DNA from: Acidimicrobiia bacterium
Lineage (GTDB): Bacteria; Actinomycetota; Acidimicrobiia; ATN3; PSLF01
DNA length: 64,000 nucleotides
Direction: 5' to 3'
Assembly: GCA_040289475.1 (NCBI GenBank)
Contig: PSLF01000001.1
Coordinates: 265,009 to 329,008, forward strand
Shown here: positions 47,451 through 56,633 of the stretch, piece by piece
Layout of the letters: each line of letters begins with the position of its first letter
Position numbering within the stretch: the first letter of the stretch is position 1
Program-made: the position numbers and the translations under genes
Notes under the pieces: model-generated
Database searches by the model: none
What the model saw: only the letters and a program-made list of their open reading frames with translations
What the model was told of the DNA's origin: nothing

Positions 47451-48461
47451 ATGACCATGCATCGAAAGATTTCTAGACGACTCCAGCTCAAAGCCGACAA
47501 AGACTATGTGATTCTCGCCGACAACATGGATGTCCTTCCAGCTTTACCCGACGAGTGCGTAGACCTGGTTTACATAGATCCCCCGTTCAATACAGGAAGG
47601 GTACAAAAACGCGTCACCGTGAGGGCCATGCGCGTTTTGGAGAACGGCTCCGGAGAGGGCGCAGGGTCCGAGGGGAAAAAGAGCCCTGCGCAAGAGATTG
47701 GAGGAGCAGGCGTAGAACCATCGCTACGCCGTGGATTCTCAGGTGCTAAATACAAGTTGGAGACAGTAAACGAAATTTACTACCCGGACTGTTACCACGA
47801 CTACGCTCGCTTCTTGGTACCTCGGCTTCGAGAAGCCAGGCGCCTTTTGTCGAAACGTGGCAGCATCTACGTACACCTTGACTACAGAGAGGTCCACTAC
47901 ATAAAAGTCGAGCTGGATCAAGTATTCGGGCGAGAGGCTTTTTTGAACGAGATTGTCTGGGCCTACGACTACGGAGGGCGGACGAGGCGGCGTTGGCCCT
48001 CCAAGCACGACACCATCCTCTTTTATGCAAAGGATCCTAGGGAGTACTACTTTGATCTCGAAGCGGCGGGAAGAATCCCGTATATGGCTCCCAGCTTGCA
48101 AGCGCCGGAAAGGGCTCAACGGGGTAAGAGCCCGACGGATGTATGGTGGCACACTGTTGTATCGCCCACCGGAAAAGAGAAAACAGGGTACCCCAACCAA
48201 AAGCCCGAGGCGATCTTGAAGCGGATCGTAGCGTCGTCTTCTCCGCCGGGAGGACGAGTTCTGGATTTTTTCGCTGGAAGCGGAACTACGGGCGTGGTGG
48301 CTCGTCGTTTGGGACGTCGCTTCGTCCTCGTAGACTGTGAGCCGCGAGCGGTGGAGATAACTCTGAACAGGTTGGAAAAAACTTTTGGCACTGCAGACGA
48401 GATAGAAGTTCTAGATTTCTCCGCCAAGAAATCCATGCGTGGAGCCGAGTCTCCCTTTTGA
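47451..48461 (+). CDS. Beta-class DNA methyltransferase (N6-adenine or N4-cytosine), orphan
   Basis: Motif IV DPPFN (VYIDPPFNTGR) lies N-terminal to motif I FxGxG (VLDFFAGSGTTGVVA), which is beta-class order. ILFYAKD and WWHTVVSPTGKEK are conserved blocks. A Gly-rich insertion follows DPPF. No restriction endonuclease is adjacent. Confidence 0.8.
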   Translation: MTMHRKISRRLQLKADKDYVILADNMDVLPALPDECVDLVYIDPPFNTGRVQKRVTVRAMRVLENGSGEGAGSEGKKSPAQEIGGAGVEPSLRRGFSGAKYKLETVNEIYYPDCYHDYARFLVPRLREARRLLSKRGSIYVHLDYREVHYIKVELDQVFGREAFLNEIVWAYDYGGRTRRRWPSKHDTILFYAKDPREYYFDLEAAGRIPYMAPSLQAPERAQRGKSPTDVWWHTVVSPTGKEKTGYPNQKPEAILKRIVASSSPPGGRVLDFFAGSGTTGVVARRLGRRFVLVDCEPRAVEITLNRLEKTFGTADEIEVLDFSAKKSMRGAESPF

Positions 48462-48530
48462 ATGGGCCGTGGGCAATGAGGCAAACCCTTTGACTACCTG
48501 GGCCTAGGTGATGCAGACTTCGCCCCCGGT

Positions 48531-49280
48531 CTAGCGAAAACCACCTAGCAGGGCCCCTCCGTCGACTACGAGGACCTCCCCTGTTATCCAAGAAGCAGCA
48601 TCGGATACCAAGAACAGCGCTGGGGTCGCGACGTCTTCTGGAACCCCGAGTCGTTTGAGAGGGATACGGCTCGCTACGAACTCCTCGTTGCTTTCGTAAA
48701 GGACCCTCGAAAATCTTGTCTTGATAAGGCCTGGAGCAAGCGCGTTCACCCGGACGCCTGGGGCCATTTCTACTGCCAGCTGTTTGGTGAGATGAATGAG
48801 TGCTGCTTTGGAGACGTTGTAGGCTCCAAGCATTGGCTCAGCCCTCAGGCCTCCTACGGAAGCCACGTTCAAGATGCACCCACCGTTCGCTTTCAACCAG
48901 CGTTTCCACGCCTCCGAGCACCACCAGACAATCGCTTCTAGGTTGACCCTGAGGGTTTTTGCGACTGCCGATCGGTCGGCATCGGCGAGGGGGCCGAACT
49001 GAGGGTTCGTCGCCGCATTGTTGACCAGAATGTCCAGTGAGCCGAAGCGCTCCACGGTCTTGTCTACTGCCTCTCGTATGTGGTCGGGGTCGTCAGCCTT
49101 ACCGGCGACAAAAAAAGATCGCTCGCCCAGAGAGGCGACGGCCGATTCGAGCTCGTCGATCTTGCGGGCAGTAACGCACACACTGCCTCCGGCCTTCACG
49201 ATAGCTTCAGCTATGGCGTAACCAATCCCCCTTGATCCGCCAGTAACCAAGGCTGCTTTTCCCGATAAATCGATTTGCAT
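48531..49280 (-). CDS. SDR-family oxidoreductase (3-oxoacyl-ACP reductase-like)
   Basis: TGGSRGIGYAIA (NAD(P)-binding), NNAA, and the catalytic YNVSKAA triad region. Confidence 0.9.
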   Translation of the reverse strand: MQIDLSGKAALVTGGSRGIGYAIAEAIVKAGGSVCVTARKIDELESAVASLGERSFFVAGKADDPDHIREAVDKTVERFGSLDILVNNAATNPQFGPLADADRSAVAKTLRVNLEAIVWWCSEAWKRWLKANGGCILNVASVGGLRAEPMLGAYNVSKAALIHLTKQLAVEMAPGVRVNALAPGLIKTRFSRVLYESNEEFVASRIPLKRLGVPEDVATPALFLVSDAASWITGEVLVVDGGALLGGFR

Positions 49281-49445
49281 GGTATTGCTCCCCTAAGTCG
49301 GATGGAACCGCGTTTGAATGATCGCGTGCTCGTGATTTAGCACAGTTCTTACAATTAGCGTCGAACCGCGGTGACCGCTTATAGGAAAACTAGACGGGAA
49401 GCCTAGAGCATCGTGGGAGCGAGCAGCAAAGAGCGAGGATAACAA

Positions 49446-50792
49446 ATGGCATTTCCAGAAGGGCCGAGCGGCCCAGAGCAGACCAAACCTTTCGAAGGTC
49501 GTGATTTTGGCGAGGCTCCTCTACCGGGTGTCGGTGAAGAGTCTGGATCCTGGGTTCCACCAGGCACCGGACAGCATGCGCCATGGGCCGGGGGGCCCCA
49601 ACCGACTCACCACCAGTCATGGACGAGTCCTAACGCTTGGCCGCCTCAGGTTGCCTGGCCTTCGGCAGGGGCGCCGGAGCAAGCGCCTTCCCAGCCGCCG
49701 AAGCCGCGCTTTAGCGTGGCTACTGTTTTGACCTCTCTGCTTCTTAGCATTCTCGTGGGAGGGCTCGCGGGAGCAGTTGCGGGATCGCGAGCGGAGAGAG
49801 CGAGGCCGACGCCAGTCAGTATTCCGCAGGCAGGTCCAGTCGCTCTTCCAGAAGGGGCGTCGATCGCTGATTTGGTTCGTGCCGTCGAGCCGGGAGTAGC
49901 CACCGTTCATGTGTTCAGTGGCGCCCAGCGGGGTGCGGGAACCGGATTTCTAATCGATAAAGACGGACACATCGTGACTAACCGGCATGTAATCGAGGGA
50001 GCTCGGGAGTACCGGATCAACCTCGCGGGGAAGAAAGATTTGCGGGCTCGCCTTGTGGGAGCTGATCGGGAACTCGATATTGCGGTGCTCCAGATAGATC
50101 CATTTCCAGACATGAAGCCCCTCACCCTGGGGAACTCCGACCATCTACGAGTAGGGGACACGGTAATCGCTGTGGGCAACGCGCTTGATTTACCCGGCGG
50201 GCCTACGGTAACCATGGGAATTGTTTCGGCCCTGAATCGATCGCTCTCGGACGAGACCCCAGGCGGGCGAAGAATAGTACTGACCGGCCTTATTCAGACC
50301 GATGCCGCCATCAATCCGGGGAACTCGGGGGGTCCGCTTCTGAACCTCGCTGGCCAGGTAGTGGGGGTCAATACAGCAGTCGCCGCAAATCCGAACGACA
50401 TCACGGGTTCCCAGCAAGCTCAGAACATAGGGTTCGCGATAAACATCAATGACGCCAAAGTAGCGGCTGAAAACGTCATCAACGGGGTGGTGTCAAGGAG
50501 GGCTATCTTGGGTGTGGATGTCGTGACTGTAACACCCGTGGTGGCGGAACGACGCGGCCTGGCCGTCGACGAGGGGGCTCTGGTTGCTGACCTAATGCCT
50601 GGAGGACCGGCAGAGGCAGCAGGGTTACAAGTCGACGATGTAATCGTCGCAGTCGATGGGAAAAAGGTAACGAGCGCGGAGGAGCTGCGGGCCGCGTTGC
50701 GGCCGAAAAATCCCGGTGACGAGGTCGGGGTCGAGTTTTACAGGGGTCAGGAAAAAAAGGCTGTAAGGGTGAAGCTGGGTGAGGCCCCATAA
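49446..50792 (+). CDS. htrA: HtrA/DegP-family serine protease (S1C) with a Pro-rich N-terminus, TM anchor and C-terminal PDZ
   Basis: Catalytic His (HIVTNRHV), Asp (DIAVLQI) and Ser (GNSGGPLLN), and a PDZ domain (GALVADLMPGGPAEAAGLQVDDVIVAVDG). Confidence 0.9.
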   Translation: MAFPEGPSGPEQTKPFEGRDFGEAPLPGVGEESGSWVPPGTGQHAPWAGGPQPTHHQSWTSPNAWPPQVAWPSAGAPEQAPSQPPKPRFSVATVLTSLLLSILVGGLAGAVAGSRAERARPTPVSIPQAGPVALPEGASIADLVRAVEPGVATVHVFSGAQRGAGTGFLIDKDGHIVTNRHVIEGAREYRINLAGKKDLRARLVGADRELDIAVLQIDPFPDMKPLTLGNSDHLRVGDTVIAVGNALDLPGGPTVTMGIVSALNRSLSDETPGGRRIVLTGLIQTDAAINPGNSGGPLLNLAGQVVGVNTAVAANPNDITGSQQAQNIGFAININDAKVAAENVINGVVSRRAILGVDVVTVTPVVAERRGLAVDEGALVADLMPGGPAEAAGLQVDDVIVAVDGKKVTSAEELRAALRPKNPGDEVGVEFYRGQEKKAVRVKLGEAP

Positions 50793-50818
50793 GAACCCGT
50801 CTCGCGAGCCCGACACCC

Positions 50819-51085
50819 TCATTTCTCGGCTGTCACCTCTCTTGTATCGCGCACGACCACGAGAGGCCGGTCGGCACTGTCGCTTCGGATAAATCCCGTA
50901 ACGCAGACCTTTTTCACGGGCATGCCGGGCTGTATCTCGAGACCTCTACGGTCGAGTACATTTACCCACAGGCTCGAGTCGGAGTCCCCGGATCCTACTA
51001 CCAAGGTTGCTTCCAAATCGGAACCAGGTTTCCACTCGAGAGAGTGAAGCGGACCGCAAACTCGGACAGCCTCGCCTCTGTGTGC
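50819..51085 (-). pseudogene. In-frame continuation after the TAG at 51086-51088 encoding a second, paralogous copy of the lipoprotein domain; either a disrupted two-domain gene or a sequencing-level stop
   Basis: Same frame as 51086..51496. The translation ...VCGPLHSLEW...SSLWVNVLDRRG...KKVCVTGFIRSDSADRPLVVVRDTREVTAEK aligns with GPLHLYLD...ICVTGQIQQSSDGTRIIVQRAAQV of the upstream domain. Confidence 0.35.
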
Positions 51086-51496
51086 CTAGGTTTGTGCCAC
51101 GTCGACTTCTGGGATCGGGTCTGGCGAAACGCTGACTTGAGCGGCTCTCTGGACGATTATCCGGGTTCCATCAGAACTTTGTTGTATCTGTCCCGTGACA
51201 CATATGGTTCGGGCTAGGTAACGAAGGTTCCCCGCTGTTTTGCGGTCTTGAATTGTCACGATCAAGCTTTGATCCGGCGCGGGTCTGTCCAAGTAAAGGT
51301 GGAGCGGGCCGTCAGAGATAGGATCTTCAATTACTTCTGCCACCTTGGCACAGACCGTGCGAGTAGATCCGGGAAGACTGGCAGCTTCCTGTGGTGACGT
51401 TGATGCTTTGGAGGCACAGGCCCCTATGAGCACTGCGCTTACGGCTGCAACCACAAATTTCCCAACCGTCGAGCGCTGCCGAGGGCGTGTTTCCAC
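51086..51496 (-). CDS. Lipoprotein (hypothetical) carrying a roughly 70-aa domain that is repeated immediately downstream after an in-frame TAG
   Basis: Lipobox LIGAC, then ...GPLHLYLD...LIVTIQDRK...RTICVTGQIQQSSDGTRIIVQRAAQVSV. The start overlaps the rhomboid stop. Confidence 0.6.
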   Translation of the reverse strand: METRPRQRSTVGKFVVAAVSAVLIGACASKASTSPQEAASLPGSTRTVCAKVAEVIEDPISDGPLHLYLDRPAPDQSLIVTIQDRKTAGNLRYLARTICVTGQIQQSSDGTRIIVQRAAQVSVSPDPIPEVDVAQT

Positions 51497-52386
51497 TAGG
51501 ATCCTCCGAAGGAAAGTCGCCCCGCAAGGACAAGCGCGACGGTTGCGGCGATCACGACCGAGGCAGATGCTATAGCTGGATAAGAGCTCTGTTGGCTGGT
51601 CGAAGCATCGAATCCAGCCCCTATCGCCAGTCCTGACACTAGTCCCCCAAGGTGAGCCAGATTGTCGATTCCCGGAACGACAAATCCAATGAACAGATTG
51701 ATCGCGACTATCAGTCCGATCTGAGCGAGATTAGCTCTGGCCCACGGGGACCTACGTCTTCTGTACAAAGCTGCTCCCAAGGCGCCAAATAGCCCGAAGA
51801 TAGCACCCGATGCGCCCACGGATCCTGCCGCATGCATTAAGGCTGAAACAGGTCTGGCGAGAATCGGAACTGTTGCAGAGAGGAGGCTGGCGAAAATCCC
51901 GGTGAGCAAGAAGGCAGCCAAAAGCTTGGTGGCCCCCCAGGCTTCTTCTAGGATGCTTCCCACTACGTACAGCGCGTACATGTTAAACAGGAGGTGCAGC
52001 AGGCCGGCATGAAAGAAGATAGCTGTCACCACCCTCCACCACTCCCCGAGACCGTAGACGAGATAAGGATGCGACATCCCGAGTGTCGCCAGCCTGTGGC
52101 CTGACAAAGCGTCCAACAGAAACACCCCTACGCAGATTCCGATAAGTGTGGGGGTAGCATTCGCAGGTTTTGGGACGAATACTCGGGCCCTCGAGCGAAC
52201 GGTTACCGGTCGTACAGCCGTTCGCGATATGCACTCGGGGCACCTTTGGCCAACGTCAACCACGAAGGTGCACTCGGGGCACGTCGGTTTTCCGCACCGA
52301 CTACATCGCACCCAAGCGGGGATACCAGGGTGGAAGTAGCAACTCTCAGGATGCGGGGCCTGGATATGTTCGAAGTCGTACGCCAT
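51496..52386 (-). CDS. Rhomboid-family intramembrane serine protease with an N-terminal zinc-ribbon domain
   Basis: N-terminal CSRCGKPTCPEC...CPEC; rhomboid GxSG (GASGAIFGLFGA) and the catalytic His in AHLGGL; six TM helices. Confidence 0.85.
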   Translation of the reverse strand: MAYDFEHIQAPHPESCYFHPGIPAWVRCSRCGKPTCPECTFVVDVGQRCPECISRTAVRPVTVRSRARVFVPKPANATPTLIGICVGVFLLDALSGHRLATLGMSHPYLVYGLGEWWRVVTAIFFHAGLLHLLFNMYALYVVGSILEEAWGATKLLAAFLLTGIFASLLSATVPILARPVSALMHAAGSVGASGAIFGLFGALGAALYRRRRSPWARANLAQIGLIVAINLFIGFVVPGIDNLAHLGGLVSGLAIGAGFDASTSQQSSYPAIASASVVIAATVALVLAGRLSFGGS

Positions 52387-52428
52387 CTATGCTAGCTATC
52401 CATAAATCTTAGAGCGCTTCAGCGCCTA

Positions 52429-53595
52429 CTACTGTGTCGAGTACTCTAGTGCCCAACGTTCTGCAGCGATCTCGAGAAGGTTCGCAGCGTTGTATACGGC
52501 CTCTTTAGGGTATCGGCAAAGCGACTCTAAGGAGAGTTTGAAAGCTCCACAAAGTCTTGAATCGACAACGGAGTCTTCTATTCTTCCCGCCAATATTGCA
52601 ACCCTCTTGTTGAGAGAAGAAGCCAACGTTACGACTTTTCCTATGGCTTTTCCCTCGAAGCTGGTTCTATCGACAGCTCCCTCACCGGTGATTACGACGT
52701 CCGCGTTAGCGATGCGTTCACGAAGACGAAGTGCCGTTGCGACTATCTCGAAGCCATCTAGCAGTTGTGCATTTTCAGCCGCCGCTAGGCCTCCTGCTAG
52801 CCCGCCGCCAGCCCCGCTTCGCGGTAGAAAACCGGGGTCGATGCCAAATACTTTCCCGTACAGGTTCGCTACCCGACGCATAGCTTCTTCGAAGCGCCCA
52901 AACTCGGAGGGATGTAAGCCTTTTTGAGGGCCGAAGGTTCGCACACAGCCACTCTCTCCCAGCATTGAATGAGTCACGTCGGTGGCAATCTGAACCTCCG
53001 GCCTCCCATCGCGACCTGGCAGGTCCATTCCAGACGGATCGATTGCGTGGGTGCGGAAAAGCAATCGGTCCCCTTTATGCAACGGAGCACCGGTCTCGTC
53101 TAAGAGCGATGCTCCCATGGCAGCTAGGGCGCCCAAGCCTGCATCCAGAGTGGCTGTTCCTCCTACGCAGACGAGTACTTTTGAAATTTCCGAGAATTCC
53201 GATCTCGCTCGGTGCAGAAAGTACGACACGAGCTTGCCGGTACCTGAGGTGGAGGCAGTGTAGGGGTTGAGTTCCGAGGGCTTAAGCAGTGCCAGTCCGG
53301 ATGCCGAAGCAGACTCCACGAGTGCCGTTGGAACCCCCTCTATTCGTGCCAACCCGACACCTGCATATACCGGTCGTCCCAACGGGTCTTCGGTGAGGAT
53401 CGGAACAACGCGCCCAGCAACTGCCTCGACCAAGACCGATACCGTGCCATCGCCGCCATCGGCAAGCGGGCACAGGTCGATGGTGCAGCGAGACAACGCC
53501 GGTATGACCTTGCGAATCCCTCTTTGGATCGCTAATGCTGCCTGGCGAGCATCGAGTGTTCCTTTGAACTTGTCGGGAGCTATTAGGATGTTCAT
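52429..53595 (-). CDS. glxK: Glycerate kinase (GlxK/GarK family); the Met at 53595 (MNILIAPDKFKG) is preferred over the ORF start at 53625
   Basis: MNILIAPDKFKGTL, DGGDGT, and the C-terminal VITGEG...D.TSFEGKA motifs of the glycerate kinase family. Confidence 0.85.
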   Translation of the reverse strand: MNILIAPDKFKGTLDARQAALAIQRGIRKVIPALSRCTIDLCPLADGGDGTVSVLVEAVAGRVVPILTEDPLGRPVYAGVGLARIEGVPTALVESASASGLALLKPSELNPYTASTSGTGKLVSYFLHRARSEFSEISKVLVCVGGTATLDAGLGALAAMGASLLDETGAPLHKGDRLLFRTHAIDPSGMDLPGRDGRPEVQIATDVTHSMLGESGCVRTFGPQKGLHPSEFGRFEEAMRRVANLYGKVFGIDPGFLPRSGAGGGLAGGLAAAENAQLLDGFEIVATALRLRERIANADVVITGEGAVDRTSFEGKAIGKVVTLASSLNKRVAILAGRIEDSVVDSRLCGAFKLSLESLCRYPKEAVYNAANLLEIAAERWALEYSTQ

Positions 53596-53803
53596 CCATC
53601 GCCTTCCCGATCTGTGGATAGCCACATTGCTTCCATGTAAACGTTGCCTACAGTTTGCTTCTTATTGGGCCAAGCTATCTTTGCCCTGCGGTTGCGCGTG
53701 TGAGACCCTAATGGAGTCGACAGTGGCTAGGGAAGGCAGATAAACAAAGCGGAATACCGCCCTTGCTGAGACGCCTGTATCGTGCACAAAAAAGAGAGGC
53801 TGG

Positions 53804-55108
53804 ATGGATCGAGCTTCCTCTGTGAGAGTGACTGCCGGGACGAGGCGCAAATCACCTGGCCTAGAGCTAGTGCCGGTCGGTGAAAAGCCGATCGAGCCGT
53901 ACGCCGAGATCGTAGGCGACGATGTAGTAGAAGAGATCGTCGAACGCGCCGCTAGACTCAAGGGCGCACGTGTATTACATATAAACGCCACGGCTTTCGG
54001 AGGAGGTGTAGCCGAGCTCCTCTACACCCTCGTCCCCCTCTCTCGCTCTGTAGGTCTTGACGCTGAGTGGCGCCTAATTCGTGGCTCCGATGATTTCTTT
54101 CACGTGACGAAATCAGCTCACAACGGTCTTCAGGGCATGGAGGTAGTCTGGACAGAACACATGGAAGAGATTTATCTCTCTAAGTTAGAGGAGAACGCCC
54201 GAGAGTGGGGCGGAGAGTACGACTTCGTCGTGTGCCACGACCCCCAAACTGCTGGATTACTTCGGCTTATCGAAGAGGTCACCGGTAAGCGCCCATCAGG
54301 GCAATGGATATGGCGGTGCCATATAGACCTTACCCGTCCCTATCAGCCTGTTATGGATTTCTTCAGGCCTTACATCACGCCTTTCGATGCCCACGTTTAC
54401 ACTCTGGACGAGTTCGTTCCCGAAGGGATTGACAACAAGGTCGCAATTATTACTCCTTGCATAGACCCATTGGGATCCAAGAACCTCTGGATATCGCGTT
54501 TGACAATTAGGTCGATTCTAGAGGGCTACCGCATTGACCCTGACAGGCCGATCGTGTGTCAGATCTCCCGCTTCGATCCTTGGAAAGATCCTATCGGCGT
54601 AATAGATGCATACCGGATTGCTAAAAGTTCGCACCCCGACCTACAGCTCATTCTCGCAGGATCCATGGCCAGTGATGACCCGGAGGGATGGCACTACTTC
54701 AATGCTGCAGAGGAACATAGGGCTGGGGAGGCCGATATTTTTCTACTCACGAATATGCAGGGTGTTGGAAACACACAAGTAAACGCATTTCAAAGGGCAG
54801 CTGACGTTGTAATTCAAAAATCCCTTCGTGAAGGCTTTGGCCTCACTGTTAGCGAAGCACTGTGGAAGGAGACCCCCGTTATTGGGGGAAATGTAGGCGG
54901 CATCAAGCTGCAAGTAATAGATGGCAGGACGGGGTTTTTAGTAGAAAGTCCGCAGGAGTGCGGCGAGAAGCTTGCCTACTTGCTTTCACGCCCAGACGAG
55001 ATAGAGAGAATGGGGAAAGAAGGAAAAGAACACGTAAGAAAAAATTTTCTTTCCACAAACTACCTTCTCAATTATCTCAAGTTGTTCAATGAGCTTACAG
55101 GGGTGTGA
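53804..55108 (+). CDS. treT: GT4-family trehalose synthase, TreT-like (NDP-glucose:glucose trehalose glycosyltransferring synthase)
   Basis: Recalled TreT blocks: HINATAFGGGVAELLYTLVPL, WRCHIDL, SRFDPWKDP, DPEGW, REGFGLTVSEALWK, GGIKLQVIDGRTGFLV. ATGA overlap with the downstream GT20 gene. Confidence 0.75.
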   Translation: MDRASSVRVTAGTRRKSPGLELVPVGEKPIEPYAEIVGDDVVEEIVERAARLKGARVLHINATAFGGGVAELLYTLVPLSRSVGLDAEWRLIRGSDDFFHVTKSAHNGLQGMEVVWTEHMEEIYLSKLEENAREWGGEYDFVVCHDPQTAGLLRLIEEVTGKRPSGQWIWRCHIDLTRPYQPVMDFFRPYITPFDAHVYTLDEFVPEGIDNKVAIITPCIDPLGSKNLWISRLTIRSILEGYRIDPDRPIVCQISRFDPWKDPIGVIDAYRIAKSSHPDLQLILAGSMASDDPEGWHYFNAAEEHRAGEADIFLLTNMQGVGNTQVNAFQRAADVVIQKSLREGFGLTVSEALWKETPVIGGNVGGIKLQVIDGRTGFLVESPQECGEKLAYLLSRPDEIERMGKEGKEHVRKNFLSTNYLLNYLKLFNELTGV

Positions 55109-56613
55109 TCATTTCGGAAAAAGCACGATCTGAGACGACCCCGACCATTGTGGTCGTTTCCAATAGGGGACCGTACGAGTTCCGGGAAGAAGGGGCGGAC
55201 GTAACCTACTCCAGAGGAGGGGGAGGTCTTGCGGGGGCTTTAGTGCCTGCTATGGAGTCCTACGGAGGGCTATGGGTTGCGACTGCCATGACCGAGGGAG
55301 ACCGCCACGTCTTTTCCAACCGGTCAAGGATTGCCGTGGATAGTGGGACGGGGAAAGCATTCGAAATCGAGTACATGGTATTCGACAGGAATCTATATAG
55401 ACGCTATTACGATGTGGTTTCCACTTCCGTCCTGTGGTTTGCGCTGCACGGGATATTCGACGTAACGAGAAGACCTATTCTCGACCGGCGCTTCGATGAA
55501 GCGTGGGAGAAAAGCTATGTTTATGTCAATCACGCATTCGCGGGAGCCTGCGACCGGTTCCTTATGAGCAAGGGAGTCGAAGCTTCCGTAGCTGTGCTCG
55601 TCCAGGACTACCATTTATTTTTGGTTCCCAGACTTTTAGACAAACGCGAGCTGAACCACAGGGTCATCTTTTTTCTTCACACAGCCTTTCCAGGACCGGA
55701 TCTTCTAGGGGCACTCTCGGCGCCCAGAGTGCGCGAAATCCTTGAGGGGATGTTGCATGCGGACCTGATCGGTTTCCACGCTATGCGCTGGGCTAGAAAT
55801 TTCGTTTCGGCGTGCAAGCAATTCCTAGGAGCCGATGTCATTGCCGAGGAGTACCACATTGGGAGCTCCCCCGAGTATTTTCTTATCTATCACCGGGACA
55901 AAAGGGCAGGCGTAGGCGTTTTTCCGTTGGGTCCCGAACCGTCCTCCTTGCTCGTGCAGGCGGAGTCTCCAGAGGTGCGGGCCTACGAGGAGCGACTGAG
56001 GGTAACCGACAATGACTTTGTGGTGGTATCGGTGGAGCGTGTGGATCCCGCTAAAAATTCTTTGAGAAGCTTGCGGGCTATAGATGAGATTCTTGAAGTC
56101 GTACCCGAGCTCAGAGGTCGGCTTAAGTACTTTCTTTTTGTCTACCCCTCGAGAGAACGCCTCATCGAGTACAAGGCTTTCGAGGCCGAGTGTGCTTCGC
56201 TTGCCAAGGCAGTCAATTTGAAGTGGCGAAGTGGCGATTGGGAGCCCGTCGTATTCGAGGTTTCCGACTCCTATCCAAGATCGTTGGCAGCACTGAAGTG
56301 TTACGATGCCCTATTCGTGAACTCCTTAGCCGACGGTATGAACTTGGTGGCAAGGGAGGGACCACTTGTAAACCAGCGCGATGGAATGTTAGTGGTGTCG
56401 ACAAATACTGGAGCAGCCGAGCTGTACGGAGATTTGGCTTTCCAGGTGAATCCCTTTGACATCTCCGAGCAGGCAGCGGCGATTGAGGAGGTCTGGAGGA
56501 TGTCGCCCGAAGCAAGGCGTGACCGGGCCTCTAAGATTGCCGCAGTGGCCCGCTCGCACACTCCAAAAAGCTGGTTGGACGCTCAGCTTGAGGCCGCCTT
56601 TTCGATGCCATGA
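55105..56613 (+). CDS. otsA: GT20-family alpha,alpha-trehalose-phosphate synthase-like protein (OtsA-like, divergent)
   Basis: VVVSNRGPYEF, LWVA, VLVQDYHLFLVP, FLHTAFP, ADLIGFH, SVERVDPAKN, SLADGMNLVARE correspond to the conserved OtsA/GgpS blocks. The acceptor substrate cannot be assigned from sequence alone. Confidence 0.75.
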   Translation: MIISEKARSETTPTIVVVSNRGPYEFREEGADVTYSRGGGGLAGALVPAMESYGGLWVATAMTEGDRHVFSNRSRIAVDSGTGKAFEIEYMVFDRNLYRRYYDVVSTSVLWFALHGIFDVTRRPILDRRFDEAWEKSYVYVNHAFAGACDRFLMSKGVEASVAVLVQDYHLFLVPRLLDKRELNHRVIFFLHTAFPGPDLLGALSAPRVREILEGMLHADLIGFHAMRWARNFVSACKQFLGADVIAEEYHIGSSPEYFLIYHRDKRAGVGVFPLGPEPSSLLVQAESPEVRAYEERLRVTDNDFVVVSVERVDPAKNSLRSLRAIDEILEVVPELRGRLKYFLFVYPSRERLIEYKAFEAECASLAKAVNLKWRSGDWEPVVFEVSDSYPRSLAALKCYDALFVNSLADGMNLVAREGPLVNQRDGMLVVSTNTGAAELYGDLAFQVNPFDISEQAAAIEEVWRMSPEARRDRASKIAAVARSHTPKSWLDAQLEAAFSMP

Positions 56614-56633
56614 GCCTTCCTCAGCGGTCACGT

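Noticed and set aside
47451-48461. Restriction-modification system around the DNA methyltransferase
   Set aside because: Neighbours are a DUF2993 protein and an SDR. No endonuclease-like ORF (PD-(D/E)xK, HNH or GIY-YIG motifs) is nearby, so it is reported as an orphan methyltransferase.
55105-56613. Calling the GT20 protein specifically glucosylglycerol-phosphate synthase or glucosylglycerate-related
   Set aside because: Its conserved blocks are about equally distant from OtsA and GgpS, so the acceptor substrate cannot be assigned from sequence alone. It is kept as OtsA-like GT20 with the alternative noted.
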